From Octopus vulgaris (Eukaryota), in the NCBI GenBank assembly GCA_951406725.2, contig OX597814.1:43028001-43092000 (forward strand): a DNA stretch of 64,000 nucleotides. Direction: 5' to 3'. The notes under the pieces are model-generated. The model saw only the letters and a list, made by a program, of their open reading frames with translations, made no database searches and was not told where the DNA came from. Each line of letters starts with the position of its first letter. Position 1 is the stretch's first letter. This document shows positions 1 to 12,900 of the stretch, piece by piece. Both the position numbers and the translations under genes were made by a program.

Positions 1-2787
1 TACCAGCAGCGAAAAGAACACGCCCGACAAAAATGAAAGGTACTTAGGAAATTATTAAAGCTATATAAATTACACTTATAAAATATGATCTTCTTATGTT
101 ATAGAACACAAACTAACATGTGGAAAGATGCTTTCCACATTAATAACAACATTATTCAAGTTAAAAGAGTATCTGCAGCAATACATATGTCTACACATGC
201 GACTATGCTATGCTGTACATTAAAAAAAAACACAATAAAATACCTGATATATATTTATTATATTAAATTGAGATGAGTTGAATGAGATTCTTGAAGCTTT
301 TTATACACTACGCTACGTTACATTTTATGATTAAGAAACACAAAAATATTTACAATTCTGAGAGAATGATAAGCGACAATTGCCTGAAATATGACTTTAA
401 GGGAAATAGTGTCAAACGACAGAGTGGTAGAGGACTATGGTAGAAAATATCTAATTGTCTCGTAACATTTTTACAAATCGCAGAACAGAAACTAGATTAT
501 TTTCCATATAGAATAAACTGCTGCAGATTTATTATTAAATACACCTGTCAAACTCTACAGTTTTTCAAAATGCCAACTAGTTTCCTCTGGAGAATTTCTT
601 TTCTGAAGGATAACAATAAATATAAATGAAAATGTTACATACACCTAAGAATAAATATATGTATGTGTTTTTGTGTTGATGTATATATGTATATATAGAT
701 ATATATATACATACATATACATACATATAAATGTGTATGTAAACGTGTATGTGAGTGTTTAGTTTATGTCACACACCTGCACACACATATACACTCGCAT
801 ATACACATTCATACACACATATATATGTATGTAGATACGCATGTCTATATATATAATTATTTCTGTTCACCTGAGAATGGAACACCCTCAAGGATTCTAT
901 TTACCAGAACTCTTTTTCGTTATGACTCTAGAGAATATTATCTTCCCACATTACCATTCTCAATTCCCTCTTGGTCACAGTAAAACGGAACATAGACTTT
1001 TATCTTAGCTTTAGTTATTGATTATCAGATTATACCGTAATCTTCTTACATGCTGTCAAATTGTACTTTTATTTCACTGCTTAGGTTTCATTTAGACGCC
1101 GAGTGTATATTTGTTTCAAGTGACGAACGAATACCTCTGATTTAATTATGGACATGTTAGTGTTATTTAAACTTGCTTAAAATAAATAAAGATAAGTACC
1201 TTCAGAATATAAAAGTTTATACTATTTTAATCGCATAAGCTCGCACATTCTGTAGCTTGCATTAATCTAACAGTGTCACAAAGAAAGAAATAAACATAAA
1301 TATACAAAGGAGTTTCAGGTAAAATAAAATATACTCTCCAAAAGAACAAGACAATGCATTCTAAGCTCCATATCACAAGACATTCATAAACAGTAACTAG
1401 ATATGATCACTTATCTTAATATTTTATTTTAATTCGAATTCGAAAACTGTTCTGTTGTGGAAACTAATTGAAAAGAAAACATGCAAAACGGGCACACAAC
1501 ATCTATATTTGAGATATTACATTATATAATATGCATAACAATATATACGTACACAAACAGAGACAATATCAACAGAACATAATATTATCTACGACAATGA
1601 ACACTTTTAAAGTATTCATCAATGAATTCTGGAAATTTTGTGAATCTTTGTTGAACTTAATATTATGAAGACTATAAATATTCTTTTGTATGATCGAGAC
1701 ACAGACTTCACATAAATGTAAAAAAGATTTTGCTGCACTTCAATATGTTTTTCCTCTTAGTGTAGAAAGTGCGACAAATCTGATCGTGCAACTCTCATCA
1801 AATATACTCCATTCGCAACCAATGCCTTTTCTATTTACACGGTTTAGAAACATATGGATATTGTTTCTTTAATACAGATACGAAACCGTAAATATACATG
1901 TGTTGGAAGAGTATATATATATTGATATATATATATATATATATAGATATATAATATACACAGACACACACATATCCACGTAGATGTCAGGATTCCATAC
2001 GTGAGTAAATTTATATATTTATTAGAATTTTATCGGCAGTTATTTCAAGATAAGACCTGCTTGTAGTGTGTCAAATAAACCAGTAGGTGTCTGATAATAA
2101 GATATGCGATTGTAAATATATCATTGATTTCTGGAAGGGAATGGAAGAGGATATGTATGATATTCTTCTTGAGGAAATAAACTCTGAGGAACTAAGTTGT
2201 GTAAAGCAGGACCGAATATCTTCGGTCATGACTTGGGCGTGGCTACAAATATGAAGACAAGCAACAGTTAGCGTTCGCTCCAACGGCAATTGTTTGTCCT
2301 GAATATTATTTCAGTGCAGTGACTGGAAGCAACGCATAAATGATGATGATTGATCCCTGAAAAGCTAAAGTTGTTATCCATGAAGATTGTAATTCGGTTT
2401 GTTATTACAATACTGTAGAAGAAACGTAATGCATAAGTGTTACTTATGCTAATAGTATATGAAAATGCAGAGCAGCATATGCGTGGTGTCTTGAGTATGC
2501 CTGGCTAAAAAATGATGTGGATATTTTTTGTTTGTTTTCAGAAGAGGTGGGGAAAAGTGCAGCGTCGTATTATACCCCCCCCCCGCCTCAAACAATAAAT
2601 AAATGAATAAATATAAATAAAACGTGTTTCTAAGACAGTGAAATGTAGCAGAAGTGTTGTGATGTGAACGCTGATGTAGAGAATAAATATCTTAGGATTA
2701 TCCGTACGTAGCAACAGTGAAGTAGTTACGCTTATAATCCAGGTTAAACTTCCTTAGTCACCCTATTAATCAAAGTATCTCTATTCT

Positions 2788-2996
2788 TACTCTTTTCTCT
2801 TTTACTTGTTTCAGTCATTTGAGTACGCCCATGCTGAAGCACCCTCTTTTAGTCAGTCAAATCGCCCCAGGACTTATTCTTTCTAAGCCTAGTACGTATT
2901 CCATCGGTCTCTTTTGCCGAACCTATATGTTACGGGGATGTAAACACACCAGCATTGATTGTTAAGTGATTCTGGAGGGAAAAACACACACACAAT

Positions 2997-3064
<68 letters not shown>

Positions 3065-3161
3065 TACGATTTTGGTCGACCCGAGGCTATAGTAGAAGAC
3101 ACTCTGCCCAAGGTGCCACGCAGTAGGACTGAACCCGGAACCACACAGCCACACCTGCGCC
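2788..3161 (-). mobile_element. tRNA-derived SINE, family A (octopus-type), with internal (CA)/(TA) microsatellite and a deletion in the head
   Basis: Minus strand begins GGCGCAGGTGTGGCTGTGTGGTTCCGGGTTCAGTCC (A/B-box-like). Matches copies at 57361-57725, 59190-59475 and 60363-60527. Ends in an AAAAGAG-type tail. Confidence 0.85.
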
Positions 3162-3538
3162 TGTGTAAAATTGTTTCGAAATTGTTTGTGGATGAAGTTG
3201 AAAATCCTTATATTTTCTATATGACAGACACAATGACAATATCTGATAACTGAATGGAGAATCCTGGTATGTGTATGTTTGTGTGTTTGTGTATACTTAC
3301 GATATACGAACAGGAATCAAATATATTTTTTTAAATCATATCTTCAAGAAGATGAGTGAGATTCTTTCTTTCGATGCTAACATACGTGTGTATGTGTATG
3401 TGTGTGTACTGTGCGTGTGTGCGTGTAATATACCTACATATATACAACAAGGAATAATATTTGTCGTTTCCAATACAAAAAAAAGGGTTTATAGGACTGC
3501 AAAATAAAGTGCTCAAACATAACTGATTTGAATATAAA

Positions 3539-5004
3539 GAAGCATTGGTTATAGAACAAACATTAACTTTGGGTCGACGACTTTACATAAAACACTACCC
3601 CGCAAACATTTAATGATATATACGCCTAAGATTAGAGATGGAAACATGTTGCTCCCACCGGGTGTATCGAACCCCAGTAAAGAGAGATGTCAAGGAGTGA
3701 ATGTGGGAAACCTGACAAGTACTGTTAGTACAAAAATTAAGGTTAGGCATGGCCCTGGGAAATCATGTAATTGTTGAAACCCTGGATTATGTCCCCTTCA
3801 TGGGGACTGTCTAATTATTAATGCAATTTATAAATGCGTTGTTAAGGATGAGGATAATTTAGATAAGTTTTATATAGGTATTACAGTAAATGTTAAGGCT
3901 AGGTATAGGACTCACATGAGCTCGTTGAAAAATACTGTAGCTCTACCATGCTTGCATATTATATACACGATCTAAAGAGGAATGATAAGAGTTATTCTCA
4001 GGAATGTTTCGTTATTTCGAGAGCCACTTACTTCAGAGTAAATATATATATAAGTGTAAGTTGAGAGTGTAAAAGAATCATTTCCCACCCTTAAGTCATT
4101 TGAACCAAAAACTATGAAGAGATTTACTAAGGTGATCCCTTTTTGCAATCATAGGTTTTCGTCCACCTTTTTGAAAGTGTAGAGAAATATAAGTAGATAT
4201 AATAAAATTGTTTAGCGTTACGGGGATTTCAAGGCGATGAGGTGAATTTCTGTGAACTACAGCCACCTGTGTGTTTAGTAGTATACGTTTCTTTTTTTTA
4301 GAAAATTTGGACTGGTCCACTAATGTGATTTTTTCTTTTAAATTATATAAGCTTTCCATAAAAGTATGAACTTTTCTTAAGAAAAATGTTGATCTGTTCG
4401 TTCTCCTGTTTCATGTTTATCCTGATGGGGGAGGGGATCATCGCCGTGTTGCACTTTAGTGCAAATATACTGTGGCGGTGAGCTCCTAAAGTGGACATAG
4501 ATATATGTGAATGTTGAATTTAACCTGTGAAGTCTGGTCATTATGAAATTTTGGACGTACATGTGTGGAGGGAGTAAAATACTTTTTTCAAGATCTATGA
4601 ACTATGGACTTACTTGTATCAGGGAAGTAAAAGACTTTTTTCAAATATTTTTCAAATATGCTTTTTATTTTTTTTATTTATAAAAATATTTTAATCGTCT
4701 GATAAAACTTATTTAGTCGGTGGATATTTATTTTACTTTATTTTTACCTTTACTTATTTGATATTTTATATTTGTCTATTAGATATTTTGGTAGCTTTTA
4801 AAGTTTTAGCCGTTTATATTTAACTTTTTTTAGGCCGTCCTATTTGCATTTTATTCGATTATATACTTTTACCTTCTGTGATTTTACGTATATGTATTTT
4901 TTATGTTTGGGAACCATGGTGATTTTTATGTGTTTAAAGTTTTCAGGGGAGGTGTTGTATGTAAAGTCGTCAACCCAAATTTCATGTTCTATAACCAATG
5001 CTTC
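3539..5004 (+). mobile_element. Degenerate Penelope-like element: GIY-YIG endonuclease relic plus pseudo-LTR
   Basis: Frame from 3760 reads KSCNC*NPGLCPLHGDCLIINAIYKCVVKDEDNLDKFYIGITVNVKARYRTHMSSLKN (CxCx5C motif, then IY...YIG and R..H). 3539-3612 is an imperfect inverted copy of ~4932-5004. Confidence 0.75.
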
Positions 5005-5009
5005 ATTAC

Positions 5010-5352
<343 letters not shown>

Positions 5353-5643
5353 TATTCCGAAGAGTTTGAGCGACGGCAGGTGATTCGTAACAACGGTGGC
5401 ATGGCGAAGGCGGTCAGTGGTGCGCCTATTGTAGGCGGCTCGTGGGAAGCCTCGCGGTCTTGGCGGAGACGTTACCCAAGCCGCAAGAGGAAGATGCCAG
5501 CTTGTGGCCGGGGGTGAAGTGGTGGCCGTGGGGGACGAGACCTCCGGAGGAGAGGCCGCCTGGGGTGACCTCCAGTTCCTGGAGCATCTGCTGGAGCTCG
5601 CCCTCGGAGGTACGGGTTTAGTGTGCTTCTGTCGGGTTTTCCC

Positions 5644-5674
5644 GGCGTGGGTTCGAATCCTGCTTCTGACACCA
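5644..5674 (-). promoter_or_regulatory. Extended primer-binding site complementary to the tRNA-Leu 3' end
   Basis: Plus strand GGCGTGGGTTCGAATCCTGCTTCTGACACCA resembles the T-arm, acceptor stem and CCA of metazoan tRNA-Leu(CAA/CAG). It lies 2 nt from the LTR end. Confidence 0.8.
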
Positions 5675-5676
5675 GT

Positions 5677-6426
5677 TGTTACATATCACCTGCCATCGCC
5701 CAAACTCTTCGGAAATAAAACCCGGGACTCTACCAAGTCGAGCGACGACGATCGAACGGTAATCTCGCCACGGACTCAGAGAGAGAGAATTCGGTGGGAG
5801 AAAGGCGGCAGCGAACTCGGCAACCGGCGACCTGAGATAACAACAACAACAAACAACAGCAGGAAGAGATACAGAGATAAACGGCGGAAGGCAATTTGGT
5901 TTACGTTTAACAGCAATAATTTATAACAAGTATTACATCGAATACATCAAAGAAAATACGTGCAAGAAAACAAGGAATCAACAAATCAAAGTATGCAGAT
6001 ACAGTTCAGAGACATCAGTTCAGATCAAATTAAAACAAATAACGTCCACATTAACGATACAGTTCAAATTGATGCAATATAGTTCAGAGTTCAATGTTCT
6101 TCATTAGAGTCTTTCCCTTTAATGTTTCAACATTTCTTTTTCCTTCTTTAACAACTCTTTTCCCAATGTCTTTACACAGTTCCTTTACATTTCACATCAA
6201 AATACACAACCAAACACATACCGTTACACAATAGCTAGTGCCCTCATACCGTAGTCCCTCTCTCTTAGCTCCTTAATCCTATATGTATGTATTCCTCTAC
6301 GCTGTCGTTGCCTCTCACCGTAATCCTATCTGGCCGTCTTCCTCTTTCACATTCACTGTCATTCTCTCGCTTGTCATCCCTCACATTGTCTGTCTGTCTT
6401 TCTCAACTGACCGCCTTCGTATCACA
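5677..6426 (-). repeat. Putative complete LTR (~750 bp, TG...CA)
   Basis: Bounded by a PPT-like tract on one side and a PBS on the other. Its end is repeated at 7279, 7463 and 5392. Confidence 0.65.
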
Positions 6427-6603
6427 CCCGTCTCTGGCCAGAACTGCCGGCCGACTGTCTCGCCTCACCACCAGGCTTGGTCCTCTTCGTTACCAGCTCC
6501 TGCACCGAAGGCTTCCCAGAACACTCGCTCATCCGATAGTCCATCCACACCTCTGGCCTCTCCACAAACTCGGAGAAATGTTGAAACATTAAAGGGAAAG
6601 ACT

Positions 6604-7242
6604 CTAATGAAGAACATTGAACTCTGAACTATATTGCATCAATTGCACCATACAGTCCTTCTGGGCCCCGAGAGACAGGGGTCCAGACACCAAAGGACTC
6701 AGACACGGAACATCAACAGCAGCGGCCACCACACACACAGCCTGTTCCTTGGACTCAGCGACATCAGCTCCAGACTTCACCAGCTCTTCGTCCTGGGTCC
6801 CGAGAGACAGGGGTCGAGATGCCAAAGGCTCCAGACACGGAACAACAGCAGCAGACAAAACACACTCATCCGGCTCTTCGGGCTTCTCCACATCAGACTC
6901 AGCAACATCCGCTTCAGTTTCCGCAACATCCATTTCAGATCCAGCATCACAATGTTCCTCCGACCCACACGCTTCACCCTCCACTTCATTTGACGGGCAA
7001 TCTACGCCCACAGGACCTTCCCTATCCCCGGTCCAACACCGATCCTTCAAAGCTGACCCATCCGCAACCTCAAGCTCTTGCTGATCTGCCCGTAGGCTCT
7101 GTCGCCTCTTATCCATCCTTTCCAAGAATGCGTTTGTCTGCGTAATCTGGCCCCTCAACATCTCTACAATCAAGGCAAGCGAGATCTCATCTTCTCCAGT
7201 CTGGCTACCAGTTCGTGCCTCCACTGAATCCATAGCGAACAA
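6604..7242 (-). CDS. Internal ORF of the LTR element: gag-like helical N-terminus plus acidic duplicated segment
   Basis: 212-aa ORF just downstream of a deleted PBS (TGGTGGGAT). Helical segment ISLALIVEMLRGQITQTNAFLERMDKRRQSL. The motif ADVAES...VPCL.PL.S.PLSLG.Q occurs twice. No conserved gag/pol motif was recognised. Confidence 0.4.
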   Translation of the reverse strand: MFAMDSVEARTGSQTGEDEISLALIVEMLRGQITQTNAFLERMDKRRQSLRADQQELEVADGSALKDRCWTGDREGPVGVDCPSNEVEGEACGSEEHCDAGSEMDVAETEADVAESDVEKPEEPDECVLSAAVVPCLEPLASRPLSLGTQDEELVKSGADVAESKEQAVCVVAAAVDVPCLSPLVSGPLSLGAQKDCMVQLMQYSSEFNVLH

Positions 7243-7463
7243 CCGACCGACCGCAGCAATCAGGACAATCCCACCAGTTGTTACGAATCACCTGCCGTCG
7301 CTCAAACTCTTCGGAAAACCCGGGACTCTACCAAGTCGAGCAACGCTCTCTCCGGGTCCGTGGCGAATTCACCGTTCGATCGAGCCGATCGATCGTCGTC
7401 GCTCGACTTGGTAGGGCCCCGGATTTTCCGAAGAGTTTGAGCGACGGCAGGTGATTCGTAACA

Positions 7464-7531
<68 letters not shown>

Positions 7532-7633
7532 ATAGAAAGGGTAAGACAACAAATGAAAGAAAAAGACCCCGATATTATATAAATAGAGGAATTTATCTGT
7601 AAATGTAACATGTGGCAATTATTCAGTAGCTAT

Positions 7634-7693
7634 GATAACACACCGAGTTTCGGATCCCAGGTGGAAATCCACGCCGCCATCTCTTCAGTTATT
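7634..7693 (-). ncRNA. Hammerhead-ribozyme-like motif (GUG at the cleavage triplet), Penelope-type repeat
   Basis: Minus: ATAA CTGAAGA gatggcggc-GTGGA-tt-TCCAC-ctgggatcc GAAAC tcggt GTG TTAT. Related copy at 34368-34428. Confidence 0.55.
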
Positions 7694-8510
7694 CGGCCAT
7701 CGGAAAACTAAATATATATATATATATTTGTATGTAAAAATGTATGAATGTATGAACCACGATGACATGTTTATAAATTATTAGTTTACGATACATCTTT
7801 TATCCATCTGTAATATCGTTGCTATTCTCATTGTGAAAAATGTATCCATATATGTTTTTAATAAATGCATATTAACGCAAAGAATCAGCACTAAATTTTA
7901 TCTCCAAATTTTATTAAACCTAAACAGAACAAGAAATGAAATGAGATGTTTAAATTTACGGCCACTAATAAGGTACGAAAAGACTTTCTTTTTATGAAAC
8001 AGAAAATAAAATTCAGTGTTAAATTATACTTTTCACTGTGTTTCCTTGATATATTGCATTTATGTTTAACTTTACGCTTCAATTCCCTTGAAAGCCATAC
8101 AGTAGTAATTTACATTATGTGATTTGTTTAATATAAATTATTTACCATTTTTTTGTCATTCTTACTAGTCTAAATAAGGCAAAATTTACTGTTAATACTC
8201 GACGCCAAACTGAATATGCACTAGATAAATTATTGGATCGATAACATCACATGTGCTCACATCTTGTCATATTTGGCATTGAGCCACATCAAAAGAGATT
8301 AATATATCTGAAATCCGAAAAGAAAATTGTCTCAGTGCACAGAACCTGTATTCGATAAATACTATCTTTCAGATGTGAGCTATAATATATTCATTTATCA
8401 TTTCCAAGCTGTTCGAATTTGAAATCATTCCCGAATATCTATAGTTAGATGCTATATTAGTATATGGATGCTATATTAGTAAACGGCAGTTGGGCGAGTA
8501 AGATATTATA

Positions 8511-8618
8511 CTATTAACAGTGATCGTATGTGTCTTCCTTAAGACGATCGAAATATACCCACTGCTATTAACAGTGATCGTATGTGTCTTCCTTAAGACG
8601 ATCGAAATATACCCACTG
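8511..8618. repeat. Perfect 54-bp tandem duplication
   Basis: CTATTAACAGTGATCG...ATACCCACTG at 8511-8564 and 8565-8618. Confidence 0.95.
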
Positions 8619-8869
8619 AAAGTTTGCACTAAATGGTTATTTTGCTGATATTTATAATTAATTTCGTTTCAAGAGTTTCAAATGACTCACTGGAAGTTTA
8701 TGACTAATTGATGGTTTGAAATAGTTTGAAGTTTGAAATAGTTCAAAGTGTCCTTCAATATTCAATGTCTTAATAAGAAAAACTGGCAAAAACTTAATTC
8801 AGTATCTCACAGAAATTACTTCGATGCCACAGACATGATTGGGTACATATATGCACACATACATATATA

Positions 8870-9916
<1,047 letters not shown>

Positions 9917-12900
9917 ACTTCTGTGTGTGGCCGGGGATTTTAATGTGAGAGAGCAGGAGAGGGATGCATGTGAGCGTGTGTATGTGCTGTGGTTTAAAAA
10001 GTAAACCTATTTGTCGAAACTAAGATGATTTCCGAAAGAGAGTCAATTACTGAATGTCTTTATCTGTTAAATGTAAAAAAAAAATCTTTTTTTGCGGGTG
10101 TTTCGTGTACGCATTTATAAAGCGTATTCCTTGTATCACTATTTGTAGTCTGGCCGATTTAAGGTTTTTATATTGTCTATTTTGATACAAAATCTAATCG
10201 GTCTATTTTTTGTTCTTGCTTTAAATTATGCAGAGTAATATTACATTTTATCTATCTATCTATCTATCTATGTATTTGTCGATCTATATGTGCATCCTTT
10301 TATTTGTCTGTCTTTCTGTCTACCTACATGTCTATCTACCTATCTATGTTTATATGCGCATAAAACATGAAAGAGTGTAAGGTAGGTGCTAGATTTTTTT
10401 TTGAAAGGCACATTATATTACTTTGCTTAATACGTCCCAGGATTGCTTTTGTAGATTCAAATACCCACGAATTCAAATTTGCCGTTACTCCTTTCGTGAA
10501 AAAAAGTTTGAATAATTCAATTACCCCCAGGTACTTTCTCCTTTGCCTCTCTCTCTCTATCTCTCTCTCTCTTATGAGTCTTACTCTGTGAGAGAAATCT
10601 TCTGTAACCGTACGTGAAAAAGTATTAGCTACACAAAACAGGCAAAAATGACCAACAAATCTCTGCAAGTCTCTCATGGCTCGAGGACACGAAGAGAGTC
10701 CTATATTTGTGTATTTTTGCGCACGAGCTTTTCATTTCGATGGAAAATATTTTTATCTACACAAGATAGGCAACGAGCTTAACGGAAATATTTTTTCGAA
10801 ACAATAAGAATAGTATAAATGAATTAGGAAAGAAAATAGTCCCCTGTAAAGAACTGACTTTTGGCGTGGTCCCAGCATGAATGTTGCTGAAGCTGTTGTT
10901 GGTATATGAATCGAGAAACAATCAAAATTCAATGACGAGCAATGCAAAGTCATTTAAAGACCTTGGATTATAATATTTCTCTGGATTATATTTCTTTATT
11001 ACACACTTATTGCAATTGAATCTGATTCATCAAACAAGAAGCTATACTGAGTATTAGCTATTTTCAAACTTTTAGGATGATATTTGTTTAATGCATACGT
11101 AAAATTACCGGACATATGTAATAATTAAATATATATAAAGCTTTATCATGATGAAAAGCATCAGTGGTTTATCTTTGTCTAAATGGAAACTAGAAATGAA
11201 ATCTTGTTTCTGGTGTTATTTTCCGAAAAGGAAAAGAAAGTATGGGTAAATAAGATCTGAGTAAATCGCACTTATATCACTTTCTCAGAATACAAACCCT
11301 GTGTATTGTTGCATGCGACTGAAAAATGTCTCAATATTAATTTTCATTTATGTCCTTACATGAATTTCTTACTCTTATCGGACAGCAAACGAAGTATTCA
11401 TTTATCAGATGTCACACTACAAAATATTTCAACTAAAATATGTTGGAGGTGGCGGAAAGTTAGGTTAAAGAGAAACTTATCATGATTGATCAACGCTATA
11501 GATTTTGTTGACATATGGTCTCAGAAACTGAAACAAGTTGCAAGTCTCCCAACTATTCAATAATGTGTTACACCATTCTATTCTATAGGATATGAATTAT
11601 TACTATATCTGAATGCTAATGATAAAAAGTAACAAACCGCAAGTACTTTTTAAGCAAGAGGAGTATTCATAAATGAGCAGTGGTAGGAGGGGGCTTGGAA
11701 GATGTCTATGCTGACATAATCAAGAGATCGGGAAACCTACCACAATTTATGTTAAAAACGTTCTAGAGACAGTAACATCACACTTTTGTAAATGGGCTTT
11801 CGAATCATGTCTTAACTGCGTTGTGCCAAATGCTTCAGTTTGGACGCCAAAGACACAGATGGTGAAATAGTGAATGCTAACTTACTATCCACTCATAGGG
11901 TATAACACCGTCTTGTGATAGCCACCATTGATATAAGAGATTAAATGCATGGAATCTTGTTGTTCTGAGAAAAGAGAAATATCTAATTGACAATATTATA
12001 AGCATCGTGGAGAACAAACTGCAAACATGTGAAATTACCATTTATAAATGTTATCAGTAATATGAATCTAGCTAAATGCTATACAAAGAAAAAAATTACT
12101 GTGCCTGTAGTCTGCCTGCTTTAACCAGTAAATCTGACAATGCACTTAATCAACAACGATTTTGATATTAGGTGAGAGATGAGGTTATATTCGTCGATAT
12201 TTGTTGTACTACGACGTTATTGCTGCAGCGATTCGCTCATAGAGAAGGAAGTATACAATAATAGATGTAGGCAGATATTAGAACACTAAGTGCTGGCTAA
12301 AATCCTTCTTTGACGATTATCCAAACATAGTGCTCGAGAGGCATGAAACTATTATAGTAGTCTGCAGTACTATCGAAATTGAAGTCGCTAAGTTAGAACT
12401 TGCTTAATTTCCAGTAAATACTAAACAATGCAAGACTTAGAGACGAAGGAGAACAAATGTGGTGTAACCAATTTAGATATACGGACGAAGAGTTTTCACT
12501 GGAGAAGAATTACGAAATGATTTTTCAACGAAGCGTCAGGAAGTTTAAAGTAAGGCGTGAATGTGGAGCATAAAAACATTGTCTGAAGAGAACATCATGT
12601 GAGAGACGGAGAAGTTCCTTGTATTTCCTTAGAAGGAGAATGGAAACTTTTGCGATAGCTCACGAAACAAAATAATGACAGGTTAATACAGTCATTCAAC
12701 ACACTGATCTAGATTGGTAGGCATTTGGCGTAAAAAATAGAAGACATTGAACCGTAGTTCCCAAAATGTTTTGCGTTAGATGTCCCACACGCACACTAAG
12801 TATTGCGGGACAATAATGCAGAAGAGCTAATAGGAATGATAGAAACGCAGTTCAAGTGGAGTTATTTCATCCGTTCCACTAAAAGGAAATGTTACAGTAG

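Larger units (their letters stand above)
5355..7463 (-). mobile_element. Rearranged non-autonomous LTR retroelement (TRIM/LARD-like)
   Basis: On the minus strand a purine-rich tract (AGAGACGGG, 6435-6427) precedes TGTGATACG...GTAACA (LTR 6426-5677), followed by AC and a tRNA-Leu PBS. Further LTR-end fragments lie at 7279-7345 (minus), 7346-7463 (plus) and 5355-5392 (plus). No pol is visible. Confidence 0.7.

Noticed and set aside
5600-5674. tRNA-Leu gene
   Set aside because: Only the 3' part is present, CCA is encoded, and it abuts an LTR end, so it is a PBS.
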